NCBI RefSeq assembly: GCF_009914755.1
Contig: NC_060932.1
DNA length: 64,000 nt
Source of the DNA: the human T2T-CHM13v2.0 reference genome, Homo sapiens
Strand: one strand, 5' to 3'
Shown: in pieces, positions 1 to 17,964 of the stretch
How positions within the stretch are numbered: the first letter of the stretch is position 1
Layout of the letters: each line of letters opens with the position of its first letter
Notes under the pieces: generated by a model
Seen by the model: the letters and a program-made list of their open reading frames with translations, nothing else
Told to the model about the DNA's origin: nothing
The model's database searches: none
Translations under genes and position numbers: made by a program

Positions 1-434
1 CAAAGCAGCCTGGAAGCTCGAACTGGGTGGAGCCCACCACAGCTCAAGGAGGCCTGCCTGCCTCTGTAGGCTCCACCTCTGGGGGCAGGGCACAGACAAA
101 CAAAAAGACAGCAGTAACCTCTGCAGACTTAAATGTCCCTGTCTGACAGCTTTGAAGAGAGCAGTGGTTCTCCCAGCACGCAGCTTGAGATCTGAGAACG
201 GGCAGACTGCCTCCTCAAGTGGGTCCCTGACCCCTGACCCCCTGAGCAACCTAACTGGGAGGCACCCCCCAGCAGGGGCACACTGACACCTCACACGGCA
301 GGGTATTCCAACAGACCTGCAGCTGAGGGTCCTGTCTGTTAGAAGGAAAACTAGCAAACAGAAAGGACATCCACACCAAAAACCCATCTGTACATCACCA
401 TCATCAAAGACCAAAAGTAGATAAAACCACAAAG

Positions 435-1450
435 ATCGGGAAAAAACAGAACAGAAAGCTGGAAACTCTAAAAAGCAGAGCGCCTCTCCTCCTCCAAAGG
501 AATGCCGTTCCTCACCAGCAACGGAACAAAGCTGGATGGAGAATGACTTTGACGAGTTGAGAGAAGAAGGCTTCAGACGATCAAATTACTCTGAGCTATG
601 GGAGGACATTCAAACCAAAGGCAAAGAAGTTGAAAACGTTGAAAAAAATTTAGAAGAATGTATAACTAGAATAACCAATACAGAGAAGTGATTAAAGGAG
701 CTGATGGAGCTGAAAACCAAGGCTCGAGAACTACGTGAAGAATGCAGAAGCCTCAGGAGCCGATGCGATCAACTGGAAGAAAGGGTATCAGCAATGGAAG
801 ATGAAATGAATGAAATGAAGAGAGAAGGGAAGTTTAGAGAAAAAAGAATAAAAAGAAATGAGCAAAGCCTCCAAGAAATATGGGACTATGTGAAAAGACC
901 AAATCTACGTCTGATTGGTGTACCTGAAAGTGATGGGGAGAATGGAACCAAGTTGGAAAACACTCTGCAGGATATTATCCAGGAGAACTTCCCCAATCTA
1001 GCAAGGCAGGCCAATGTTCAGATTCAGGAAATACAGAGAACGCCACAAAGATACTCCTCGAGAAGAGCAACTCCAAGACACATAATTGTTAGATTCACCA
1101 AAGTTGAAATGAAGGAAAAAATGTTAAGGGCAGCCAGAGAGAAAGGTCGGGTTACCCTCAAAGGGAAGCCCATCAGACTAACAGCGGATCTCTCATCAGA
1201 AACCCTACAAGCCAGAAGAGAGTGGGGGCCAATATTCAACATTCTTAAAGAAAAGAATTTTCAACCCAGAATTTCATATCCAGCCAAACTAAGCTTCATA
1301 AGCAAAGGGGAAATAAAATACTTTACAGACAAGCAAATGCTGAGAGATTTTGTCACCACCAGGCCTGCCCTAAAAGAGCTCCTGAAGGAAGCACTAAATA
1401 TGGAAAGGAACAACTGATACCAGCTGCTGCAAAATCATGCCAAAATGTAA
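435..1450 (+). pseudogene. L1 ORF1p (RNA-binding chaperone), disrupted
   Basis: ORF 704-1417 translates as ORF1p (MELKTKARELREEC..., RPNLRLIGVPE). Lesions: ATG to ATC at 435-437, a 1-bp deletion near 457, and stops at 689-691 and 1415-1417. The native TAA is at 1448-1450. Confidence 0.95.
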
Positions 1451-1498
1451 AGACCATCGACGCTAGGAAGAAACTGCATCAACTAACGAGCAAAATAA

Positions 1499-5339
<3,841 letters not shown>

Positions 5340-5575
5340 ACAATGAGATCACATGGACACAGGAAGGGGAATATCACACTCTGGGGACTGTTGTGGGGTG
5401 GGGGGAGGGGGAAGGGATAGCATTGGGAGATATACCTAATGCGAGATGACGAGTTAGTGGGTGCAGCGCACCAGCATGTCACATGTATACATATGTAACT
5501 AACCTGCACAATGTGCACATCTACCCTAAAACTTAAATTATAATAATAAGAAATAAATAAATAAATAAATAAAAA

Positions 5576-5875
5576 GAAAAGAGGTTTAATTGACTCACAG
5601 TTCCGCATGGCTGGGGAGGCCTTTGGAAACTTACAATCATTTGATAAGGAATCTCCTTACAGGGCAGCAGGAGAGAGAATGAGTGCCCAGCGAAAGGGGA
5701 AGTCCCTTATAAAATCATCAGATCTCGTGAGAACTCACTCACTGTCACGAGAACAGCATGGGGCAAACCACCTCCATGATTTAATTATCTCCCTCTGGTC
5801 CCGCCCTTGACACTGTGGGGATTGTTACATTTTGAGGTGAGATTTGGGTGGGGACACAGAGCCAAACCGTACCAC
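5576..5875 (-). mobile_element. THE1-type (ERVL-MaLR) LTR, distal part, interrupted by the L1
   Basis: AGAGGTTTAATTGACTCACAGTTCCGCATGGCTGGGGAGGCC ... GGGACACAGAGCCAAACC follows directly after the L1 tail. Confidence 0.88.
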
Positions 5876-6914
5876 ATTGGCTCCTTCATTTAAAAAAAAA
5901 AAAAAAGTCTGCTTGCTGATCACATGTCTGTGCATATGACACTCTATTCCTCCTTATCACTATCATATGCTGTCGTCCTAGTCACTTTTCAGAGTTCATT
6001 GAAGACTTAACAATTAGCTCAGTCTTTCTTTTCAGCTATCTCTCTGGGCAATTTAAGAGTCTACGTAGATTATCCCAAAACCTAAGTTGGATTTTTGACT
6101 TTCTCAATTTCAGTGTCTTTTGCCTTACTCTGTTTCAGCCACTCACTCCCATGGCTTTATCCTGGTATACATCAACACCTGGAACTGCTTTTGTCTGAAA
6201 TCTTAAGTTCTGGTATACAACTACATGATCCACAATCCCTCCAGCTCTTCAAGCTCTTGGTGAACCTGTCCATTCCTTTGGTTTCAACTATAAAATAGGC
6301 TTAATTTCTTCCTTCAGTTCTGCTACCTTGGGACATTTTAACCTGAATGCCCCACAAGTACTTCAAATTTGGCAGGACTGCAGTGAAATTCTATGTGACA
6401 TAGGAGTTCAAAGAATGAATTCTCTCCTGAAGATAGTTCGTCCTTTTGATGTTGACATTTCTATTAATAGTAGAACCTTCTATCAGTTATAAAACTTTAT
6501 GTACATATTTGATTCATTCCTTCTTCTTTTGAAATGCCTCTTGAACCTGTCCTTATTTTTTCAATGTCATTGTCTTTACCATGATTTCTAAATGTCACCA
6601 TTGACCTGGAAAGTAACTACTGGAATAAACCTCTTAAACGTTCTCTCTATCTAGGATTATGATTTCCACGGTATTCAACAAATATATTTATGATAAATTT
6701 ATGTATGCATTAATACCTTACTAGAACTAACAAATGAGACATCTGAGAGTAAAATTGCAATCATATCATTAAAAAACATTGTTATTTTCATTTTCTAAGG
6801 GACAAATATGATCTTAGTCGCATATTTTTCACTGGACTAGAACATTTTTTTCCAGATTCCTCTCCTAATACTCTTTTATACATAACTCATTTCCATTCAA
6901 AGTCTACCCTAAGT

Positions 6915-7075
6915 CAGTGGTTCTCAAAGTGTGGTTTCCAGAACAACATTAGCATCACTTAGGAAACTTGTTAGAAATAAAATTTCTGGAAGCCCATCCA
7001 GACCTTCTGACTCAGAAATGCTGGATGTGTTTTAACAAGCCCACCAAGTGATTTCAATGCATGCCAACATTTGTG
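6915..7075. mobile_element. MER5A-like hAT-Charlie non-autonomous DNA transposon
   Basis: Starts with the CAGTGGTTCTCAAAGTGTGG terminus and has internal CTTGTTAGAAAT and TTTTAACAAGCCC motifs. Confidence 0.8.
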
Positions 7076-7329
7076 ATTATGTTTTCAGCATCACACACAT
7101 GTTAGTGTCATTCTTACCACTTATAATATACCATCTACTTCTCCTTTTTATAAAAATCATAGTCTATTTCAAAGCTCAAATCAAGTAGTCTCTCTGAAAA
7201 CATCCTTGCTTTTCTTGTAACTTTTAATTACTAATTCTGCTTACTAGTCTTTTCCCTGAACTCTCCTTTCTCTTTCTGGATAAAAAGTTAATGGCACTAA
7301 TAACATACTATCAGTAAGTTTATACTAAC

Positions 7330-8605
7330 TGTTACTTATTTCCCTCTCAGTCTTCCAACAACCCACTGTAATTTTGATTCAGCACCACTAACTTATTGAA
7401 ATGGTTTCTCTAAGGTCACCAGTGATTATTCAATTTCACCAAATCCTATGGACACCATTTTTGAACACCTGACTTCTCTGAAGCATTGTGCATTATTGAC
7501 TATACCCTTCTTTGTAAAACTCTTTGCTCCCTTGACTTCTATACCAACTGCCTCTCCTGGCTTCCTCCTACTTCAATAGCTACTCCTTTATATTCGTTCA
7601 CAAAATCTTCTCCATTTTTCTCTGAAATGTGTCTGCTCCCAAGGAACTCATTCTTAGTCTTCTACCTTTATCACTCAGTGTACTCACTCACTTGAACATT
7701 CTTAGTTTAAAGACCATTCAAGACTCCCAATTCTGTATCTCCAACTTAGCACTCTTAAATACCTCGTATGGACATTTAACCTAACAATCTACTGGATCTC
7801 TCTATCTTTATGCCCCACCTACAGGCATCTTAAATTTAATATATCAAATTCATAGTTGTCTCCCCTCCTATATTCCAGAAATCTTAGATTTATCATAAGC
7901 TCTTCCCTTTAACTCACCACTTCTCTCCATTTGAAACATCTTTTAAGCCCAAGAAATGAAAAATGTGTATCTCTATTATCAGTTGCCTTTTCCCAATAAT
8001 CCAACTTCTATTGTCAGATTCCAGGCTTCAGTTGTTCATCTCCTAAAGGTTCTCTTCTTTTTTTATCACGGGCTGACATCTATGTCCTCCTCCCCATAGT
8101 CTTTCTTTCAATAATATAATTTTCCAAAGTGATTTTTAAGAATTACAAATCTGATCATGATGCTTCCTTTCTTAAAACCCATTAGGGGCTTCCAACATCA
8201 CTCAGGATAGTAATGCCTTAGCTAATCACCTTAGATTCGAAATGGACTCTCTGCCACTGATTTTTCTAGCTCATAATCTGAAAATTTTTGCAAAGATGAC
8301 ATACTTTTTCAAATCTCCACTTGTCTCTTTGTCCTGTTGTTTGTCTAACCAACCCATACTCACTTTAGAAGACCTCCTGCTGCCCCTCCATTGCTGTATT
8401 TTATAATCTTTCTATGTTTCTACAACACTTTGGGCATAATTTTATCCTGGCAGTCTATCTACTGTAATGTTCTTCCTCCACTCCTGTTGAAATCTTCTCA
8501 GGGCAGGGCAGAGAGTATGTTTCATTAGACATGGCAACTCCAGCTTCCAGCATTCTTCCTGCCTTCTAGAGAATACTCACCAGATGTTTATTGAGTAAAT
8601 GAAGA
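7330..8605 (+). mobile_element. L2 LINE fragments (old, degraded)
   Basis: Pyrimidine-rich L2-like sequence (AAGGTCACCAGTGA, CTGATCATG) ending in an L2-type tail TGTTTATTGAGTAAATGAA. Boundaries approximate. Confidence 0.65.
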
Positions 8606-11600
8606 TGTGAGTGTAACTATACTATCCTAAGGTGCAGATATAAAGTTCATTAAAGAGAATCAACACTGAGTACACTGAATTCACCAAGGTAATTAATTGG
8701 TACCCACATCAATGTTAGATCTCTACCTCATTAGACGAACCTGTGATCTCAAACATTTCAAAGTTAAATGTGCCAGTTATCTATATTTTAGATGTGAATA
8801 AGAATGAAGATTTCCTCAGATGTGTTTAAGATGGTTAGATTTTATATTTCATCATATTGTTTCAACAAAAGTGCATGACAGAACTTGGTAATAGGTGATT
8901 GTTCATATCTAGAAATAGATTATCAACTCTGAGGCCAAAGCTTAAGGTATTGAAGGTAAGGCAAGCTCTAATTTAGAAGAAACCATGATTTTGGTGTTTT
9001 TTTTTTTTCAGTCTATGGTAAAGCTGAAATTTTGCAAGTTTCCTCAGAAAACCCAGCTAAGAAAAGATAGCATTAGAGACTCCAGGAAAGCCTGGTGATG
9101 GAGTCTGTGGAAGCCTCACAGAGCCCAACCTCCCTCACTCTGCTGCCGAAGAAACAAGTGGTCTGAAGGGCCTTATGGTTAAAGTCTGCCCCCACCCAAA
9201 TGCCAGAAATCAGTACATTTAAATTTGTCACTTGTACTTGGAACAGGGCTACAGATAAAATAAGTAGAGTTCAGCCAATATGTATAAAGCATATACTATC
9301 TGCCAGATACATTTCAGCACCTGGGAATTTAACATGGAACAAAAGTGAGTTAAGAACACATTTTTTATTAAAACAGGAAAAGAAGACTTAATCAACATTT
9401 AGGGTTTACATCACATACTTAATTCTTTTCCTAGGGCTTGAATATTTCTGGAACCATTCTTCCATTACCTACTTATACTGCAGGATAATACTTTCACTCA
9501 TATCAGCCTAGAAGTCATTGAACACGTGAATCTTCAGCCACCTAAATTGTAACAAAATCTTGCTAATTTCCTCTCTTGTAAATATTTTCACACAACTTCT
9601 ACAATCTGACCAGTACCTAACTTGTGATTGTCTATTTTATTAAAGAAGTGATAAATCAACAGATATTCTTCTACCATTCAGTGTCATTATCTTAATAGAT
9701 TCAGAGGAGGTAGCAAAGAGCAGTTATCCCAGTACTGAAAAGTAGGAAATGTAGAAAAAGAAAGAGATGCAGTAACACTAATATGCATCCACATTAATCT
9801 CTCCTCACTCTGTAAAGTGGAGTGCTTCTGCGACCAATGTGATTCCATGACTTGGGTATGCTTGTTCTTTTGGGCTTGTTGGTCCCAAAATGCACTTGAG
9901 TTTAGAGGAGCATCTTGCATAGGTGTCCCATTGCTTTCCAAATGGTAGAAGTCGCAGTATGAGCCACTGTAGAAATTCAAATAAATTTTTTAAGAAGTCA
10001 GCCCTTTGCGGGGCTATAGGGGGCACCATGGAAGATTCGGAAGGCACTTTCAAAGATTAATTAATATTGTCTTCTCATGTTCAAGGTCTTAAACACTTCC
10101 TCATTGCAATAAATTATGTACTAATATTAAAACCAAGCAAAACAAAATAAATTTTCCAATGCAAGACCTTTTGGATTTGAATCAACTTCATACTCAAGGC
10201 TGTAAAATGAATCCAGCCATTGTTTTGTCTCTAACATGGCTAGACCATGAAGACTAAGTAAAAGTAACAAACAAGTGGATGTGAGAACTGTGACATTAAT
10301 TTAAAATGTATGTTTTTATTAAAAATAAATATTTACATATTGAGAGTGGTACAGCATTTGAACTCTTTCTAATGTCCTTACAATATCGTCTGTTCTAATC
10401 ACTATAAAAATCACTAATCATTATTGTCACCAATAGTTATAATGACAGCTGAATTCCTCCATGACACATAAAGTCATAAACAATCCTCAAGGAAAATAGA
10501 TGCTTTGACATGGATTTCACAAACAGAAAGGTCCGGAAGCTTCAGGACTTTAACTGCAGACCTAATACATGGCAATTTGTTCTGAAAGATAGGGCCTAAA
10601 AAGGACTGTATACATTGGGGAGATCAGGGAAATACATCCACAAGAATTCATTTACGGACAATCCAGTCAAATTAACTGCAGGAGGCTATAATCAATCTCA
10701 GCCATCTTCCTTTTGGCCCACAGAGTCATTTCTTCATTAGGCATCCTTCCACTTATCCACTTTTTTTTCAGAGACATTCCTATTATTCTCTTTTTATTTG
10801 GGCACAGCTTCAGAGGGTGTGCAAGAAAAATATTGGAAATGAAATTAAACCCAGTCAGATTTTCAATTCGTTAGCAGCTCTGGATTTCAATTGGGGATGA
10901 GGTTAAAATTACTTGCCTTAAAATGAGTCTTGGTAATTAGTTGTAAAATTTAATTGCCCGTGCTTTTCCTATTCCCAATTCCCAGACTAAACAAAAGTTT
11001 GTTGTATTTCTTTTTGATTATTCATTTCTTCCTATTGAACGAGAGGGAGAGAAGGGCATATTTGCATTTAAACTTCAAAAAAATTAATAACCGTTTTTAA
11101 CCGCTATCTGTGTCTTTTTAAAATGTAGCATTCCAACACCTATAATTTCAAAATAAAGTGGGAAAAGCATTTCCCAGAGAAATGCTTCCCCCCAATATCC
11201 AGTGTTCTACTTATCATTTTTCATTCATATTTAGTAAATAAGGTTTTTAGTTGTTCTAAACTGCTAAAATTTTAATCTACTAAATTCCTATTTGGCTTAT
11301 GAAAAAAATTTTATCAGGCACTAATTTTATCTCTGGAAATATTTTATAATTCCTAAAACATCAATTTATTTTTGTGGAAATGTCATTAATTAATACTCAT
11401 TAACGGAAAATACTCATTTAAGTTCTAAGTAAGTTCTTGACCAATTTTTCTTACATCTGTTCATCTTTACCCTATATTTTATTATTAGTTACATTTGTTT
11501 GCTTTTCTTAAGGACTTATTACATAATATCTGTTTAAATAAGGCCAAATAAACACTAAACCATTTATCATCTGGGACTCAAATATGTGCTCCTCTAATGG

Positions 11601-12460
11601 CATGTAAATGAGATCAAACAAAGAATTACGTTTTCAGTCCTACAAACTGCTACAAGCCAGGTGAACATAACAAGTAGAGAACATTCTTGTTGTTCAAGAA
11701 GCTGGTTTGGAAAAGCACTGGAGATCTCAATGATGCTCCTTAATTCAAGTTAATTCCATTTAGTTCAATTCAACACATATTCAGCACTTCCTGTTCCTGT
11801 TCATAGGGGCCACCGTGGTAGACCACAGCTGATGTTTAGAAATCCAGATTTAGAGAAGACTTTAGGCATCTACTCATTTTGTTTCAAGCTGTGTTCCAAG
11901 GCAGTACCTGAAGAGCCTTGAGGGAGATGACAGGGAGGCTGGACGGAGGCTATGCCCAGTGAGCTTCCTCACTCTTCAGTAGGGGATGCCTTGCTTTCAT
12001 CTGTTTTCCATATCGGAGTACCAAATAAGACTTCAATTATAAACTGGATTTTGTTACAAAAACATATGAAAATCTCTAATTTGGCCCATTTTCCCAAATT
12101 TGCGGATGAGAAAACTAAAACTTACAGAGTTAAGTCACTGGGAAAGTCCTTGTAAATAATTTATAGCAAAATTAGAAGCTCCATTTTAATACAGTCTTCA
12201 AGTCACCACAACAGTTTGAGTCATGGAGCCTAGATCATCCCCTTATAAGTGTTAGGAGTCTAATACATGTTATAGTGATGATGCAGAATTTTTTTTGTAA
12301 TCTCTAGGATATATTCTAATGACGATTTAGGAACATCTTTCTAGTGACACAAGGCCATTAGAGGTGATATGAGAACTATGATGTTAAATACAAGAAAAAT
12401 TATTAAAAGAAAAATAAATGATAGTTCTAATTCTAGATGTATGTAATTCTACCTTTATAG

Positions 12461-12800
12461 CACACTACAAGGGTCTCACAGAAAACACTTGATGGAATCT
12501 TACTAGACTAACTGTATATAGTCCTGAGCACACTCCAAGACCTGGGAGAGGCAGAAAGAAAGAAGAAATGCAAGTCTACAATATGAGATACAAAGTTTGA
12601 ATTTACTGGGAAAGCAAAGAGAACACATCCGAACAAAATAAGAAGAAGAAATGGTGTGAGTATTGTTGCATTGCGAATGGAATGGAGAACAATGAAATGA
12701 GGGCTAGAAGCCAAACCGAGGGTGAAGATGGTCAAAATGAGGAAGATAATTTATCTTTAATCAAAAATATAATAATCACCAGAATAATAATAACCATAAG
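12461..12800 (+). ncRNA. Candidate lncRNA exon A
   Basis: Perfect donor AAG|GTAAGT at 12800/12801, possible acceptor TTCTACCTTTATAG ending at 12460, purine-rich body, no plus-strand ORF. Confidence 0.4.
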
Positions 12801-13731
12801 GTAAGTGGGTAACAGATGTGCACTTATCAGCGTATTACCTAGAAAATTTTGGCCTAATTCAGGAATATTTAGTCAGAAGCTTGATTTGATTCAACACCTA
12901 TTTAACATCTTCTTTGTTGCCGTCATAGTTTCGTTAGGATCACAAATAAAATGAATAGAAAACTTACCTATATCTCAAATAATTTGTCTTTATATATTAC
13001 TCTTTCATGTATTTTGTATACAAGGCCTATTTAATGACCCACTGTCTGTAAAACATGTATGTTCTGCTGTTTTTCCGGTGGAAATGAACTTGTGCAGCCT
13101 CATCTCTATCTCAACACCTGATTTACTTAGTGATGGGCCCTTGAAATGTATTTGGCCGGATGACAGATGCACTTGGTGTCTGCAGAACAAAGCAAAGCTA
13201 TCTGACTCATGCAGGGATATTGGACCCAGGACTTTAATCTCATTAGCCTGAGCTAAGTAGCTTTATTTCCCCAAGTAAATAAGTTCTACAGAGAAACTAA
13301 AAATTCACCCTAAATTTTTACATGCTTCAAAGAACAAGAACTTCATCATACATATGCATAATTCAAATCAACCTAAAGTAAATTAAATATACTATTCACA
13401 GTTAGCAAACCTCAGGTTTCAAAATATCATGAAGCAACAAATAAGAAGATAAATAAATGCAGTTTATTCTCTACCCCTACTTATTTATACCACCCTGGCA
13501 TCAGCCATAACTTCCGTCTGACCTGGCCTATATCTCTTAGGTAGATGTTAGTGTAATTGCTAATAAAAATAATTATTTTCTGTTCCCCTATCTACTTGCT
13601 TTCACCCTTCCTTTCTCACCTTGATGAGGTCTTATTCTGAAATACACAAAGAACAAGGTGGTAACATAACATTAAGAACACTAGAGGTGATGCCAGAACT
13701 ATGACATAAAATACAATAAAAAGTTTTTCTA

Positions 13732-14023
<292 letters not shown>

Positions 14024-14791
14024 CTAAAAGAAAAAATAAATGATAGCTCTAATTTTAGATTTATGTAATTCAAAATTGTAGAGGAACATTAAAATGAAAT
14101 GTTACACCTAATGAATATTATGTAGCAATGGGAATTTGAATACACATTGCAATATATTAGTTTACAGAAGAAAAAGCAAAAAAATTATGAGCATCACAAA
14201 GGCTCAAAACTCACTTTAAGTAACTGAAAACAATTGATAAAAGTTATTCGTAATTGTTGTAACTCTATTTCTCAGTTGGTGAGCATGCCTTAGTGGCCTA
14301 TTTTATTTAATGTTAGATTGACATTTAACACTACTGTAGTGACATATCTTAAGACGGAATATAATGAGATTACCCAGAAAGTTCAAATTACAAATCTTTG
14401 TTTTTATCTGAGACATTCCATTAAGCTACACAGTCTCTGGAGAATAGCACCATTTAAATACGTGATGTTGTGTCACATCAATGCGATCCTTTATTGTGAA
14501 GAAATATGCATTAATTCTATTGGAGAGGAGCTCTTTATGAAAGTATTTGGAATCTCCACACCCATTCTTCACTCAGACTTTAAGTAAGAGTTTCATAAAT
14601 CTTTTTGGATCAATAAACATTTTTCTATTACCTTTCAGGAAAGTTTAAATTTCCTATATTTTCACAGTTCTCTGGCCAATGACCCAGATAATAAAATACA
14701 TGTTCATTAAATTCATGGCATCAAGTTGGGTATAATGTTTAATACTCTAAGAAACAGTATTATTATTTCAAATGATCTCAACATCTTGCAG

Positions 14792-14877
14792 AGGTCAGGA
14801 ACAGAAGAAGGGTGAAAACAGAGTCAACCTCAAAAGCAAACCTAGTACCACAGAACCAGGGATGGACATGGGGAAAG
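14792..14877 (+). ncRNA. Candidate lncRNA exon B (86 nt)
   Basis: Acceptor CATCTTGCAG| at 14791 and perfect donor AAG|GTAAGT at 14877/14878, with a purine-rich body. Confidence 0.45.
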
Positions 14878-15054
14878 GTAAGTAGGTAAAATGATTCTGG
14901 CAGACCTTTATCTATGGTATTGGAGAATTTAAAATTGAGTGATTCAGATAATGAAGGCAGGAATCATTGAGTAGTTAGTTCTCTTAATGCTCCTTGTCCA
15001 TGCCAAAGTGGTGTTGGAAAGTTCATCCTCTAGAAGAAGAGAACAAGGTCTAGA

Positions 15055-15268
15055 TAAAGGATAGGCAAACTGCATAGTACAGGCAAAATCCAGCTTGCTG
15101 CCTGCTTTTGTAAAGAAATAAAATTTTATTGGAATGCGGCCATGCTCATTCATTTTGGTATTGTCTGCAGCTGCTTTCATGTCAAAAGAGCAGAGTTAAG
15201 CAATTGTGTCTAACCGAGTGTCTTGCAAAGCCATTTATTTATGACTAGAAATTCTGCCTACCCACAAT
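15055..15268. mobile_element. MER58A-like DNA transposon
   Basis: GGCAAACT...CAAAATCCAGCTTGCTGCCTGCTTTTGTAAA...TTTTATTGGAA...GCCATGCTCATTCATT...GCAGAGTTAAGCAATTGTG. Confidence 0.75.
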
Positions 15269-15799
15269 CTAGATGATGTGTGCACATCAACATTACTTTT
15301 GGAATAACTGGACTGGTCAATCTTCCAAATCATTCTAATGACAAGATGGCTTCTACAGAGGCACTTCATTGTTCACGTTGTTACTATCCTTTGAAGTAAA
15401 CCTCTTCTATTTTACTTCAAATTTATAGATTTTTCTCTTCCTCCACGTATCACAGAAGTGATATGTCTTATTGAGCCCAGGAGTATTAACATTGTGGTAA
15501 ATTCTGCTACTCACTAGCTGAATGATCTCCAGTTGGGTTCTCTCTGCTCTAATTCTTGTCATTATCCTCATCAACTTCAGCATTGATGGAGCTGATATAT
15601 TTCACACTGTAGCCTCAAAATGACCTACCTATCTCCAAAATTCTTACTCACCTTCCTTGAGATGTTTCTTGCTCATTTACAAGATAGAAATATGGCATCT
15701 ATCACCTAAGATTGTTGTGAGAATCAATAAAATAAAATATAGTGACAACTTTTGTCACATGGTAATTTAAAAGCTTTAAATTTGTGGTAGGATCCAAGG

Positions 15800-17525
15800 T
15801 GCTAGTGTGTAGGACAATATCTCCTCTGGCTCCTCCCACTACTATTCCACCTTATCTTGGCACCCTCACTTAAAGGTGTGATTCCATTTATCCGATATCT
15901 GTTTACAATACATACTTTTGACCTTTTTGCTTCAATGAAATCTGGGTTCCTTTCCATCTCCACCCCAGTCCCCTTAGTCTTCAAATTCCTTGCTGATATG
16001 GGGCAATCATTCAACCCCTCTTTTGCCATTTCTCCTACCTCCACCCTCACCAAAAAATAAATAAGATAAATATGTACAAGACACAGAAAATTGTATTACA
16101 ATCTACCACATCTTGTTGCCATTTTCAGGCTTCTACTTTAACACTCCCATTCAAAGTCTCTCCTCTTTAAGTCTAATTCCATCCTGCTATACTATTTTCT
16201 ACTTTTCTTTCTCCCCATAATCTGCCAATTATAGAGCCACATCCTCAAATCTGGTACTGGCTCACATTCTCTATATCCTATCTTTGAACATTAACCTAGT
16301 AGATGTTACTCCTTCAAATCATGCATTCAATAATCTATTATCAAAATTTGGGGAACCTCTTAATACAGATGGCCTGCCTCAGCCACCCCAGTTCAGCCAT
16401 GCACTTCTACAGTACATTTAGACTTTGTTATCACTCGGATTGTTTTGCTTCTGAAATATTTTACTTTGATATCCTGCACTCTGGTCACAGCCTTATATCT
16501 TCACATTTTGTCAGTCCCTTACTTTCACTTCACTTGCTCAAAACTCACTAAGACATAAAATAAACTTGTATTCTCTGTTTTGATCACAGTTTCCTCTCTC
16601 TCAAAACCTCTAGTTTCATGTCTTTTCCAGTCTAGCACAGACATCCCTCTCCATCATAATATCTTCATTACCAAATGTCATTTTGCCACATCTACTACAA
16701 ACCCTCACTCTGGTATCAATCCAAACGTCTACCTTCAAGGAATGGGGACCAAAGACAGTCTTAGTAAGAATGGACCCAGTGGAGGGAGGCAGTGAATTCT
16801 GGGAACAAATGATATAGTGGGCATCTTATTTTCTCTTTAGCCAACTAATCCTTCTGTGTCCTCAGTTTGTCAATGGTAGCACCATTCTGCTAATAACATA
16901 GAGGGTAAATTTCAAATTCATTGTTGACTTTTTTCATATTCTTGCCTATCACATTAATACACTTGCAAAGTATTGTCAATAATTACTTTGGTCTATTCCT
17001 TTGTGTTTTCCCTGTTATCATTGAAATTTAAGTTTTCATTACTAAATACCGAAATCATCGCAAGATATCCCAATTTACTATTTTTCCTCACCTCCTACAC
17101 AGCATTGACAGTATATTTCATAATACAATACCTAAATCATAAGTCTATAAGAAATAACAAAAGCCTCCAATAGATTCCTTCTGCATTTATAATTAATTTC
17201 ATAATCCCTAGCCTCACTTTGAGGAGCTCTGTAATCTGCTCAACACTGTCATTCTGGTTTCTAATTACACATCATGCACTTACATATTACCTACACTTTT
17301 GTTGTCATAGACTTCTTACCCATTCCACAACACACTACATTTATTTCTCTGACCTGCAAGCCCTTACTCAAGCTTTTCTGCCACCTGAAGTGCTCGCTCC
17401 ACCTTCTCCTCCTCACTTGTGCCTTGTGAAAGATCTTCCTGTCAATCAAGGACTTATCCAAATATCACTTATTTTATAGGGCATTCTCAACTCCTGAACT
17501 CTTTCCTCACTTCTATATTCCTATA
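15800..17525 (+). mobile_element. L2 fragments
   Basis: Degraded pyrimidine-rich L2-like sequence. Boundaries approximate. Confidence 0.45.
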
Positions 17526-17531
17526 GCCTCC

Positions 17532-17647
17532 TGCTGCTCAAAGTATGGCTTTCAAACCAGCAGCATTAGTTAACATCACCTTGGAGCCTGATAGAATTGC
17601 AAGATCTTGGGTTCCACCCCAGATTTACTGAATCAGATTCTAGATTT

Positions 17648-17695
<48 letters not shown>

Positions 17696-17898
17696 TTACA
17701 CATATATACTTTATATATATGTGTGTGTGTATACATATACACATATGTGTGTATAAGTGTGTATATATGTGTATATATATGTATGTACCTATATGTGTAT
17801 ATATGTATACATATATATGTATATATGTGTATATGCATGTGTATATATGTATGCACTTAGGTGATTTATATGCACACTACAGTTTGAAATGCACTGCT
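17532..17898. mobile_element. MER5A-like element split by a microsatellite
   Basis: Left part TGCTGCTCAAAGTATGG...AGATTTACTGAATCAGA and right part AGGTGATTTATATGCACACTACAGTTTGAAATGCACTG. Confidence 0.75.
17648..17855. repeat. Poly(A) + (TA)n + degenerate (TA/TG/CA)n compound microsatellite
   Basis: An A-run followed by a pure (TA)n tract and ~160 bp of alternating purine-pyrimidine sequence. Confidence 0.95.
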
Positions 17899-17964
17899 AT
17901 AGCACAACTGCTATGAGGCAATGGTGCCTTGCATTACTTTGTGTGCATAATTTCAGTAAAAAGG

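Noticed and set aside
17566-17916. Three Y/I/H/V-rich ORFs
   Set aside because: Artefacts of the (TA)/(TG) microsatellite.
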